A DNA stretch of 61,365 bases, the filler included, from Sphacelaria rigidula (lineage: Eukaryota): assembly GCA_964200075.2 (NCBI GenBank). It is 6 parts of 6 records of this genome, joined end to end, with 100 filler letters (N's around TTAATTAATTAA, not from the genome) between each part and the next. Parts side by side here need not be neighbours in the genome. Positions count along the whole stretch, not along the records: positions 1 to 10,145 come from CAXNAA020007037.1; positions 10,246 to 20,390 come from CAXNAA020007038.1; 4 more parts are not named here. The stretch is one strand, 5' to 3'. The notes under the pieces were generated by a model. It ran no database searches. It was not told the DNA's origin and saw only the letters and a program-made list of their open reading frames with translations. Below, piece after piece: positions 1 through 12,130 of the stretch. Every line of letters begins with the position of its first letter. The first letter of the stretch is position 1. The position numbers were made by a program, and so were the translations under genes.

Positions 1-862
1 GCTTGCTCCGTCCCGGCTTTGTAGAGATGCAAGGTCAATGGTCTTATGACTATGGCATGCATGGTCATGAGTACACCCTCCCCGTCCGCAGTACCCAGGG
101 TTCAGCTTATCTCTCCTTCGACCCTGGCCTTAAAACCTATGATCGAGCACGCAACCAGCCCTTCCGCGGCCCGTCGACTTCCGTCGAGCTGTATGATTGC
201 TTTCTCACGCCCATCTCGTTTCTAGACGACGGAAACCGAGAGCATGACAACTACTGTCGGTATTCGAAAATACGAAATCCGCTCCAAGTGCACGTTGATG
301 CACCGGTTTTTGATCACCGCGGTGAACCTATGCCAACAAAGTCGCCCCCTAAGCCCTCACAAAGATATCAGTGAACAAAACTGAATGCAAGCTTGGGAAA
401 ATGGGATTAGGTGGGCGAGTGGTGAATCCCACACAAAAAAACTCTGCTCCCACGCCTCTCAAGAAAGTGTGTCCGCTTTTTCGTCTCTCTTGGCGACACA
501 AAAAACGTCGGACACGACGGACGGAGCCACGACACTCGTGATCAAAATCACACCTCCCTCATTCCAACGCCTCACCTGGAAAACGACAGGGAATACTTCG
601 GAGGGTATTTCACGCGGTCGGGGTGGTATCCTGCGTGACACGCAGGAACCCATCCTCACAATCCCGGCCGCAGAATTAAAGGTGGAACATGTAGTAGATG
701 GGGGCAGGGCCAGGATAGGCAGATCGTATTTTTTGCTGCCCCTAAAGCGATACGGAACGCTACGCGGCGAAGGTGCTGATCCAGGCCTGTAGAGCACCAG
801 GGCGCGACAGTCCGGATCTGGTTCTGCGTCGATCAGGGCTTGCTGTAGGGGTCCGTGATGAC
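1..862 (-). pseudogene. Decayed spliced coding sequence, possibly a DNA-transposase remnant
   Basis: Minus-strand donor CAG|GTGAGG at 576/575 and acceptor CATAG| at 328/327 join in phase to give ...KYPPKYSLSFSR-FTAVIKNRCINVHLER...; several stops and frameshifts elsewhere. Confidence 0.25.
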
Positions 863-1489
863 CTAGGGATTTGATTATGGGGGGAAATGGCGCGTGAAAC
901 ACGAATCGAACAGGAATCAAGACGGGTGCTGGAAGCAATCGTCTGCCCCGAAAATAGGATTTGAAACCTCCAATCACCCAAGCAACCGCTTAGCCAAATC
1001 AAGTATTTTGCACAACATATCATCATTGTTGCGTCAAAGTTTTGCTGCTATTTACGGTGGTGTATAGTTAAAAGAAGTAAATGCCTAGGGGGGGAAAACT
1101 GTACACAAGTGTGATGCCCCCCCAAAAAACTGTTTCGTAGCGCTACAAAAAACTTCAAGCCAGCTGTAGACACTATATACTAACATCACCGCAACGCATA
1201 GATAACTTGTATATATCAAATCAAACCTGAAAAGTGTAGCTCTCGTCAGGTTCTGATCGCATATATATATATATGTATATTCCCTCACACTGTGAACCCC
1301 TCCCCTTCCTCGGGATGAATCCGTGATCGCAAGGAATCAACCCATCTCTCCCCCGGTACGCGCCTTTCATTTTGATCTCGCGGGTTAGGTCAGCACTCCC
1401 GCACCACGTCAACTCACGTCACACAAACCTAGTCGACTACTTTTATTCAATCACGTTCTCACGCTTTCCACGGTGGTAATGATACATTA

Positions 1490-1582
1490 CGAAGAAAAAA
1501 ACCCAACGCATCGGGAATTTAACCCCCGTTCTCCCCACCCTGATGGCGACAGTCGGACCATTACACCACCGGGGCGCGGCGC
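1490..1582 (-). mobile_element. tRNA-derived SINE-like head
   Basis: Minus strand reads GCCCCGGTGGTGTAATGG (A-box-like) ... GGTTAAATTCCC (B-box-like); shares the GCCCCGGTGG start with the 44.9-kb and 55.6-kb copies. Confidence 0.5.
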
Positions 1583-1814
1583 ATATGCAGAAAGCAAACA
1601 CATATTGCGGTAGCGCACGTCAAAAACGAGCACTACATGGTCACGGGGGGACAGTTTTTTCGAACCCATTTTTGAGCACCAAACCGTAAGACCAGTTTCA
1701 ATAGACAGCTCTGAACCAGAAGGTTAGAAATATCCATTCAGATTTGAAATCAGCGCCCGCAATATCGAGGTATGGACACTTGAAGAGGGGCACCTCGGGT
1801 AAACGAGCACCTGA

Positions 1815-2282
1815 TTCGGCCTAAGGGTAACAAGGATATTAAGGCATAACCCATTACGATTTGTTTTTCATTTTTTTTTCTTCGGCAGGACACCCTTGTT
1901 GGTGCGGTTCTTTTAAGCCATCGTTTGTCATATTCCAATCGCAATCGATTATTCTACAGTGCAATATTTGTACAGTTTTTTACCCCGAGCCAGCCCAGGG
2001 GTAACGTCCAAAATCATGGATATCAAGACATAACTCATTACAAGAATACTTTTCCCTGCTTGTTTTCCTCCTGCGTGGCACCCTTTACCACATATTTTTA
2101 TCAAGCCATCGGTTGTTATATCCCAATCAAAGTGACGATTCTGCAGTAAAATACTCGTTTAGACTTTGAACTCGAGCCAGCCCAAGGGTAACGTCCAAAA
2201 CCATAGATATTAAGGCATAACTTACTATGATTTTGTTTTCTTCCCCTGCGTGACATCCTTGTTGCTGCGGTTTTTTCAAGCT
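1815..2282. repeat. Diverged tandem repeat, ~3 units of 160-190 bp
   Basis: GGGTAAC...GATATYAAGRCATAAC motif recurs near 1825, 1998 and 2186. Confidence 0.7.
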
Positions 2283-4196
2283 AGAGAAAGTTCCCGTCGC
2301 CTGAAAAATGGAGATTTGGCGTCGAGCCTTCACTAATTAACTATACGCCACCGTAATAACATTTTCAAGGAGGCACTACAGCAATGTTCTTGACTGAGCC
2401 ATGCACGCCCAGATGGGGAGAGTCGAGGAGGAACCATACTCGGTGACGTGTGCTGACTACGTTTTCTGAAGATGATGTGCAACTTTCACTACCTTCGACC
2501 AACCAAGCCCATGATGAAAAATGACCAATCCAAAACTTTCTTTCGTTACACATGTCCTAACCCTGCCTTTTCCCGGGGCGAATCCGTGCTCTCACGGGAT
2601 CAACCCCACTCTCCCCCTTTACACGCCTTGCATTTTGGTATCGCGGATTGGGATTGGATTGGGGTATAGCACCCCTCCGTCACACCGACTCTTGTCAAAC
2701 AAACTATTTTTCCTACCCACGCCCTCCGTTTTCAACGTTCACCATCAGATGCTTCACGCATTTCTCAACGTCTCAGGAAAAAAAAAAAAAAAAACATCAA
2801 CTGCGTCTGTTGGGAATCAAACTCCCATTCTCCCGACCTGATTACTTCAGATATACCATTCGACCGTCGAGGCGTGGCGGTAAAACGTGCAGGGAATGAA
2901 CAGTTCTTAGAAGTTATGGGTACCCTGTCAAGCCAACTCGCTTACGCCGCGTGAGGTAACTTGCACCACTCCAATGGCGGACAAAATAGGGAAATAACTC
3001 ACGTAGGAAAACGTTCTCCGATGCGTTGGAAAATCGACCGCCTTTGGCGAGATGCGATATCACCGGCGAGCCCGCGGGAATCGATGGTACGCCAGCGGGT
3101 GCCTGGGCGGCGGCCACATGTGAAAAATGGGAGTGTGACCGTTTCTCCACCCCGCCTCCGATCGATGTATTCACCCCGCCTCCGGTCGATGTATCCACCG
3201 AGCGATCCATGACTCTGAGGGTGAAAGGGGTGCAAGGTGTACCGAGGGCTCGAATGAAGGGTTAACCGTGTGAATTCATCAACAATTCCGACATGACAAG
3301 ACGTATGCAGGTAGCCTGAGCGGACGTGCGGGGTCTTAACATGTTTTTTGCGGGTGTTATTTAGACGCTTTTCACTGGCATGATTAAACGCATGTAAAAC
3401 AAGACTCCAACATAACCATAACCCGCTTCGCGTCGCAGACTACACCCAGGGCATGCCTCAGAGATTTCCCCCTCTAGCACGTCACGTTCCTCCTTATATA
3501 GCTCACATTTTCCCACTATATGAGTTATGCTCTCTATTGCTTTACCACAGGGGCATTTCTGTGCGAGACACTACTTCCTCCTCCTCTCGACTACTGGTAT
3601 ATCTCTTCCTTCTTCCTGGCAGGTTCAGGTCTCCTACACGAAATCGCACTTCAAAAAGTTTCGCCGCGTCCATTGGACCACGTAAATATGTTTTCATCCC
3701 TATCCCCTCTCTCAACCCACCGTCCTGCACAGAGGGAGAGATGGGTTGATTCCGTGGGACCACGGACTCTTTCCGAGGAAGGGGAGGTTGCGTGCATCGG
3801 TGCTTAATTTCCAAGAACAGTATGGTGTACAACTGTCTTGGCAGCACGACAAGGGGGACAACTTGACAAGAGGGGTCAGGCAGGCGGTGAAGACTTCAGA
3901 CAGAGCGAAACACCTACTCTGTGTGCGTCAAAGGGCTGTGTGTGCTGGAACACTCCTGCAGCAAATGAGCGGCTTGCAGATGCGTTCATATTGCCATAAT
4001 AGCGACTTTTGGACGATTATAAAAATAAAACTCCTATAAGGTCGCAAAATGGGGGCAGGGGGGGGGGGGGGGGGTGCCAGAGCTAAGATTAGCGACCAGT
4101 TCGATGCAATGGCGGAAACAAATCTTGGGAAAATATCTACAACGATATATGAGATTTCCACGAATTTGAGAATCTGAATATCCTGGATTGTTAACC

Positions 4197-4433
4197 AGAG
4201 GTTTGAGAGTAATTACCGTAAATATGAGGAGAGGGGCAAATTGACCACATCAGAGCCGTTATTAGGGGTTTGTAAAAAAATAAACCTAGGGATGAAAGCG
4301 GATCTGTATTCCAAAATTCACTCCAGCGGGGTCTAACTCCGAAAAGGAAAATTTAGAAACACCCCTAATGATGGCCTTCGAATAGTCAGTACGCTCCTCT
4401 CCTCAAAGTTGTATGTCCTAACTCTCAAATCTC
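4197..4433. mobile_element. Imperfect inverted repeat / MITE-like
   Basis: TGAGGAGAGGGGC...TTATTAGGGGTTT pairs with AAACACCCCTAATGA...GCTCCTCTCCTCA. Confidence 0.5.
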
Positions 4434-5278
4434 AAGTGAGCAGTCGCCGGAAATAACCCTTTGGCTCTAGTATTGGGACCAGCCGGTAGGCTGTTACACT
4501 TATACTGCATAGTATTAGGATGTACACTGCACAGCACCTACGCCGTGCAAGCTCTAGCACATGAGATGCAACAAAATGCACACCGGAATGTAGCCCTTAG
4601 CTCACCGAGCATGGCGTGCTTTATGGGGAATTGGGTCGAACAATAACTGAATGAGAGCCGATATTTTCAGTAGCTATGACGCAGTCCAAGCAATGCATCA
4701 GGCGCCTGAGGACGCCGCTTCCATCCCAATATGTACATACTGTTGTGGGTGGGAATGGGGGGGGGGTAAGGACCAAAAATCGACGGCAAACTAAAAACAA
4801 AAACAAAAAAACGTGGAGGAATACTGAACACGTCTGTAGGTGGTCGCACCTGTGTCGAGGCCCTCACGAACCAAACACACTCTTCATCACTTATCAACTC
4901 GGTTTAGTATGGGACAGCTGTAGCACTTAAGACCGCACGATTCTCGACACAACAAAGCAAGCCGGCCCACGGCTCTTCACAGCCCCCCGCATACACACCA
5001 CAGCTAGGGAATTTGGCTACACATTTTGCTCAAGTCGCGATGGCGGACTGGAAATCCCTCCCCCCCAAAGCCGCAAACACCTTATTTTTGAATATTTGGG
5101 TTTGTTGCGGCTTCGTATCATGCGCAAACGCAAAACTGTAACTCGGTGACCTACCTTGGGTGTGGGGGAAGCTCACCCAAGAAACTGCAGTCCAACCCTC
5201 CGCTTTGTTGCCGAGATATAAGCGTTGCGCGATCGGCACTTTTGGGTTGAGAATCAGTAGCCTCTTTCGAGATCGAAC

Positions 5279-6330
5279 ATGGAAAATTCCAAAAACTCGG
5301 CACGCATGTTTTTTCTCCTGCCGCAAGCAAGTTGTGACGACATGCAGTTTGGTCGCGTGCCGCCAGGCGCTGCTTTGTTCTGTGCGGCTGTGCACAAAGG
5401 GCAATTTCGTCTTTCAATGGTGAGCATCATTTCGACTGTCGAATTGCAGAGGGAGAGTTCACAGGAGAAAGACAAAGCTGGCGGCTGCTTCGTGTCAGAG
5501 GGCTCCAGTGCAGAAGCCAAGGCGTGGAAAGCGATTTCAGTATGTGCACTGCCTTACATCTGCTGGTGACGGTACTGCGATCATGTGTCCAGTAACTGTC
5601 TGTATATACTAACATAACGATGAGATGCAAACTATGCGACGTTCGACAAGCTTCGTTATGGGCTGCGTGCTTTTTTTCTTGCGGCGAGTATTTGTGACGG
5701 CATTTCACTTTGTGGCGTGCAAGCAGGTACTGCTTCGTTCTGTACGGCTGTCACAAAGGGCAAATTCGCCACTCAAGAGCGAGTATCCTTCATGTATTGA
5801 GTTGAAGAGAGCGAGGTCACACATGAACTTCGGCTGTTCTGTCTGAGAGTTCAAGCGGAGAAGCCAAGGCGCGAAGAGCGACTTTTATTTTAGAATACAC
5901 ACGAACTATGGATGGCCAGGTCTGCAGAACCATGATGTTTCGAGTGACTGCCTGTAGAGAATTTGTAAACCATGCGATTTGCGCCAACTTGCATCTTTGA
6001 CCACTTGTTATTTCCTGGCTCCCATCAATATCATGACATTTGCTTTGGTGGCGGTCCGCCATGTGCTGCTCTGTTCTGTGGGGATGTACACAAAGGACAA
6101 CCTCATGTGTCATGAGCGAATACCCTTTTTTCCGTTGACTTGTAGAGGACGACTTCACAGATGAAATACAGCTGTCTTGCGGCAGACAATTTCGAGACAG
6201 AACCCAAGGCGTCTAGAGCGATTATTATTTTCGATGACGCACTGGTCATGTATGACCGGGTCGGCAGAGCAACGATGTTTTACGTGACTGCCTGTACATA
6301 CTCCAAAGAACATGTAAGCTATGCGACTTT
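5279..6330. repeat. Three diverged tandem units of ~350 bp
   Basis: CTGCT...GTTCTGT...CACAAAGG.CAA core recurs near 5370, 5730 and 6066, with shared AGAA.CCAAGGCG...AGCGA downstream. Confidence 0.7.
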
Positions 6331-6401
6331 AGCGAACTTGGTGTTGAAACGGGACACTATACAGGCGGTAAGGAGCGCAGTCAGTGATTAACCGAGTCAC
6401 C

Positions 6402-6901
6402 TCATTCGAGGAGCGTCGCCCCCTCCCATATCACCATCCATCTTGTCTTTGCCGGCCTCACAATTTTGTTTGTCCGACTTCGTCGCTTGCGAGATTTTGA
6501 AATTAGGGGCAACTTAACGTTGAAGATGTTGATCTGGACAGAGTGTACCAGGCCGTGCCCCGGCGACTGACAAGACGGGATTCCTCCCACTCATGCTATG
6601 ACCCTGACCCCATGGGGCCCATGAAAAATTCACTCTCTAATCCCGCAGTCAAAACTATGTGCAGGACATGCGGCGCGCAGTCAACCCCTACAGCGTGAAC
6701 CTCTTGATCGTCAACAGCATCAAAATTGTTCTCAATAGTTTTCACATGCGCGACGCTGCTGCTCACGGTCTCCAAATTTCCGTACTTTCTCGTTCTAGCA
6801 CTGTTAGGCACACCTTTCACTGCAGTTGCGTTGGTGTGTGGCGGCCACAAGTGCTGCTGTTCGTGCTCTTGTCTCGTTATCTTTGCAATGGCAATAAACA
6901 T
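6402..6901 (-). pseudogene. hAT-superfamily-like transposase remnant
   Basis: Minus ORFs carry DCAPHVLHIVL (CxxH motif) followed downstream by RPAKTRW (TRW motif), the order seen in hAT transposases; the reading frame is broken between them. Confidence 0.5.
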
Positions 6902-9900
6902 GGTGGCAGCTCGGGGGCGTGTGCTCCCGAGTAGTAGCGCAGCTGGACACTAGTGCCCCAAGAGTTTCCACCCAACGATCTGGAGCGAGTTATCTGGAGG
7001 AACACTATCATCTCAACACCGACCATTCACAGGCTTGAAGATATGTACTGAATTCAAAGTACATTTCATATGAGCCAGGGCGTTGTTTTAGGCAACGCGT
7101 GCATTTTTTATTGATATGATTCGCACGATTATGGGCCCGTTCTTACGCATATGGCGTTCGCGATCCATTTCCCCGAAATATAGTACCCCAAATCAGTCTC
7201 CATTCCCATCCATAACTGTCTGCACTGGATACCGTACCGTACGCAGTTACAGGACCCTGTAACCATATTTGCAGGAAAGACACATTCTCGCCCCCATCGC
7301 AAAAACTCCTCATGACCTAGTGGACGTTAGGAGAGACCGAAAATATATAGTTTTGTAAAGTCATCCCGTTTGAACCGAGGTCAGTACTCTACAATATACC
7401 ATTCTAGAAGGTAGAGTACAGTACAGTACAGTACAGTACATTATAGTACGGCACAGCATAGAAGTAAGTGCAGGCACGAACGGGCAAAATCGGTACAACA
7501 ACCTGTGGTTTTCATGTATACAGTAAAGTTACATTCGCATAGAGTGCAGCGTACAGGTACAAATATGAACACAACTATCACGCCGCGCTTCGCATGAAGC
7601 AGGCAGCATACTATGATATGGTCTTTCCGAACTGGCAATCCCGAGCCCAGGTCGGTCCAATAAGCTCTATTCAAAATGCCATTTCACGATTTCGTGGTTT
7701 CTCGATTTTACGACTTCCTTGTTTCTTGCGGTTTTCCTTGGCGTTGAGCGGCGTTCTCCAAGTGTGGGAAACGTGGAAACCGTATACCCTCAAGCACATC
7801 AAGGATGCCATCGGAGTTGCGACGGCAAGTGCAGCTGATGACTGAGGATGAGGTACATAAGCACCAGCATGCCTCCGAAGAGGGGTACCGCCAGCGGGCG
7901 TACCACGCATGCCGCAGTACATACCCAGGTGCGTGAAAGTGATGGCGAGATCCGGGCGCTATATGAGGAGACGACAGCACCAGCACCTCCTCCCACAGAG
8001 GACACTGTACTGCGCTCTCAGGGTCTCTTCTCAGTTGAACTACATGAGACCATCAAAACAAAAAAATCGGGGATCGGGAAAGCGACTCTGCAAGCAGCTT
8101 CGGATGCACTCCTGCCACTGACTGCCCACCGTCCGCTTGGCGAACCGACATAAAACAGTGAGACCCATGGTGTGTACTAGAGATGTTGTCGAGAAGCCCG
8201 CTGAAAAGTCTGGATGTTAAGTTTTTGGTTCCGGTTGGCAGCAATGCAGTTCCGTACACAAGTACACTACAGTACAAACAGGGCAGAAATATGCTCCGGA
8301 CTCTTGCATTTCAAGCTACCATCGAGATCAACTCGGGTGCTTGAACCAATTGCTGTTGATCTGGAGGCATCACCATGCCGGGCATATCATATTCTGGAAT
8401 GCAGAGATGAACACACCAGCCTCACGACCTCGGCAAAAAGCTGTCGAGCAACTTGAACTACTGGCGGCGTTCTACAACAGCACACGCTAACGTACGACGG
8501 TCTACTGTAAAGTCTATGTTATGAGACGCGGTACAACCTCATGACTCACCACTTTCTGGGAAATTCGTTTGGGCGTGCTTGCCCCGGCCCGAGGCTTGCG
8601 ATTCTCTCAACCCTTCGGCGGGTACATCCGATATACGCTCGCACTTCGCCAGTCTCTGAACAAACAACGACAGTCGGTATGGCACACACTGGGTTTCAAA
8701 ATGCACGTCTGTCGTTGCGTGTCAACTATCGGGTGCGGCGCAATTACACAGCCGGGTATGGTTTCGTGCGTAGCGATACTGTAGATTACACCCCCTATAC
8801 AGAGAACTGCCCACGCCTATTTTCTTCAAACCCTGCGGCTCTCAAACGATATCTATCCTCGAAAAATATCTTCCAAAAACATATTACTTTATTATTGATG
8901 GTTTTAATCTTATCAGCGAGCGGTATGGTTAGAGGGCGTGAGCGTCGCAGTCGTGCACAGAAGCGAGGGTGTTGTACCACATCATAAGGTGGAGGCGTTA
9001 TTATGAAACCGTCCTCTCGAACGGAGCCTGCCAACACACTGCAGAGAAAGATCAACCGGGTACTTTGTAACGAGGCGCGTGAGTAGAAGGTCATTTGGAT
9101 ACAAATACTGCCTGCACGATGCGTAGTGTAGATATCTCAACTTCGCTTGGCTCTTTGTATGAGATCATAAACTATTAGTAGTACTGCCGCCACCGCCGCC
9201 TCTACCTCTGCTTGTCCGTTAGTGCCACGCGGCTCTGCGCGTGGTTCACACTCGCAGGGCCGAACGTGCGTGCGGTTGCTCTGACGCCGTGCTCTCCAAG
9301 GAGATCCTCAGGGGAAGGATCTCACACCTTACTGATATCTACAGTCAGCAACAAAGCAAAGCTTGAATCATGTGTGCATAGATAGAGCAGGCCCTGGCCG
9401 TGCATCCCCTGACGAAAACGACCGAAGCACACGGAAACACAGCACCACCACGGTCTCCCCGCGTATGGGGTGTGGACGACATCTGTGGATCGAGGGCCTG
9501 CTGTTCGCTGTGCGAGGATAAGACAAATTGTGTGGTCTATTTTCTGATGTACGACGTAGAGCGAAGCGAGGAAAAAGAATAACAGCCACGAAAACTTCAG
9601 TCGCTGCTTGCTTCGCAGCTACCAACACATCTCCCCACCACCCACGTAAAACCCACGAGTTGCAGTTGACAGGGTTCGAAAACTCCCCGCGACATAATTC
9701 AACCCCAGGGAAGCACGGTGGCGTCGACCTCTGAAGTACGCAGTCTCAAGAGTGACCACCAGGAGTCATGCAAGCTGCCAATGATCATGCTACCATGACG
9801 CCACGTGGACGGATGGTTTTAGCTCGCGCAGCCCTTGGTGATGAGCTGCACAGCGGACTCAAACCGCCAGCTGAGTCCCGGCACTTGTCTCCTGTAGAGG

Positions 9901-10077
9901 AAGGCAACAACAGCAGCACCAGCACCGGTACCAGCACCAGCACCAGCACCAGCAACGATGCTTCTAATTGTTCTGATGAAGCCAGTGCCGATTCTGCCGA
10001 AAACGAGAGTGCCCCGCCTCGGCCTGATAGGTGCGCGATCCATCATCTCTTGAAGTTTGGTAACAGAATGTTCGCAG

Positions 10078-10078
<1 letters not shown>

Positions 10079-10118
<40 letters not shown>
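10079..10118. repeat. (GT)n microsatellite
   Basis: Direct reading. Confidence 0.95.
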
Positions 10119-10120
<2 letters not shown>

Positions 10121-10145
10121 GTCGTCCCATCTATTGTGGACGCCA

Positions 10146-10245
10146 NNNNNNNNNNNNNNNNNNNNNNNNNNNNNNNNNNNNNNNNNNNNTTAATTAATTA
10201 ANNNNNNNNNNNNNNNNNNNNNNNNNNNNNNNNNNNNNNNNNNNN
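10146..10245. other. Artificial contig-joining linker (N44-TTAATTAATTAA-N44)
   Basis: 100-bp spacer whose core gives stops in all six frames; repeated identically five times at ~10.24-kb spacing. Confidence 0.97.
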
Positions 10246-11044
10246 CGCTCGCCCCCACAGACCCCCTCTTCGTGTCCCCGCAGCACTCTGAGACACCGTC
10301 GAGCTCGTCCACGTGTTCGGTGATAGCCGACAGATGAGTACACCATCGAGGTGACATGTATTAGTTGAGCTCACGGGTGCTCTTCCGGATCATGTTGATG
10401 CACAGTAACAAGTGCTAATGGATAATGACAAAGGCTGCTCCCGGATTCCCGCCGACGTGCACGAAGGCATGTTCTTATTTTCCAATTGAAGAAGATACGG
10501 GCAAATAAAACAAGAGTTGGTGGCGGAGTAAAATATGAAAACATTGAAAGTCTGAACCCCGGTGAATATTATTTTGGTGGCGGACGTTTCGTCGGTTGCG
10601 GGCGCCCTCTGTAGCATCGCAGGGCTTGTCGCTTTTCCGCATACCGACGTTATGACTACCTCTTTTAGCCTTTTCGTATTTTCAGAACAGTAGCCGGTGC
10701 AGTCACCACTCGTTGACCCTTGTAGCGCTCGTAGCTGTACATATTTGTGTGGCGACCGTGTGTCAAGTGAAAATGATACCGCTTCAGCGGATGAACGAAC
10801 TTGGATGCTGTGGGGTCAACCCTTGTGGCGCCCAAGCACAACTGCCCCTGGACGAGAAGCTGACAGTGCCAAGATTTTGGAGAACGGCCTACAGGCGTGG
10901 GTGTAGATGAGCGCTGGTCGGAGGTGCGCACTTGCAAGGAAAAACTTATGCAAAAGAGACTCGTCACCTTGAAAAAAAGAGTGTAGGGTCTGCTGCGGGA
11001 CGTCCGAACGGCGGGTGCCGCAGGCTACGGCTTATGAAATTCGT

Positions 11045-12130
11045 ACACAGGCTTGGCCGTCTAAGAAGAGGACTTTGCTTCAGCCGGTTCTAACTGACGA
11101 TCTATCGCGAGTTGTGCCTACCATGACACATCGTGGTAATCTGCAAATCAACGCGCGTCTTTCACTCCACGTAGCACTTGATCTGACAAGTTCCCATCGA
11201 ACAAAATATCAAACTGTAGTCAGCTGCGAAGCGTAGAGAGTTGAGAGTGGCATGTGCGGCGGAATGAGGGAAAAAAAAACGGCTGACATCGTATATACGG
11301 TTATAGTCGGTTGTGCCGCGGCCGCAAAGCGAGGGTGCTGCAGTAGTTGTGTTTGTACAACAAGGCATATCGTACTGCACGCACGCAGTGTCTCAGATGG
11401 CACGCAGACGAGACCCCCAGCGCGCCAAGGCGTCGCGCTTGTCGAGAACGTCAAAGTTCCGGCTGAGGTTGTTAAACTCTAAAATTGAGTAAGCCGGTTC
11501 TCGACAGAAACACGCGATTTCACTGCTCAATTTTAGGTCGTTTTCCATGAAATTTTGACACGATATACATGAGATATATGTGGAACTCCTACTGGTTCCC
11601 CCTCTTTTTTTCTTTTTTTCTTCGTGACTTATTGGTGAAATAAATTTCGGAACAGTTTTCGTGGTACAAAAGCGTGGAGAACTCATTGAATAAAAAAATG
11701 TCGAGGGTGGACAAAAGAGACTTCACAACATACCTCATGCACATCGTGTCGAATTTCGTGGGAAAATACGTGAAATTGAACAGCATAATCGCGTTTCATT
11801 TTCTTGTGGCTGGTCCATCTCCACATGGGAACCAGTCTTCGACACGAACGCGCGATTTAGCAGCTCAAGTTTGGGTCGTTTCCTATGAAATTTTGAGACG
11901 ATGTACAGCATGTACGTGCAAAGACGCCACCTTTTGCCCCGCACATTTTTTTTTCTCCGTGGGTTTTCTGCAACCAAACATTTCAGAACAGTTTATTTCG
12001 GAACGAAACCGTGAAAACCTCGAAAAACGAAAATGTAGGGGGCCGACAATGGATCTTGGTTCATACGTCTTGTATATTGTGTCGAAATTTCATAGAAGAC
12101 GACCCAAAATGGAGCTGCTAAATCGCGTCT
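11045..12130. mobile_element. Dispersed composite repeat: ~220-bp conserved unit plus two ~280-bp palindromic modules
   Basis: 11045-11265 is a diverged reverse complement of 47208-47432; 11510-11795 and 11848-12130 are each imperfect palindromes (ACGCGATTT...ATGAAATTTTGA.ACGAT / AT.GTGTCGAA...AATCGCGT). Confidence 0.7.

Noticed and set aside
3255..3265. piggyBac-like end (AAGGGTTAA); similar TTAACCCTTT near 48359 and 51767
   Set aside because: No partner TIR identified on the same contigs; too short to support
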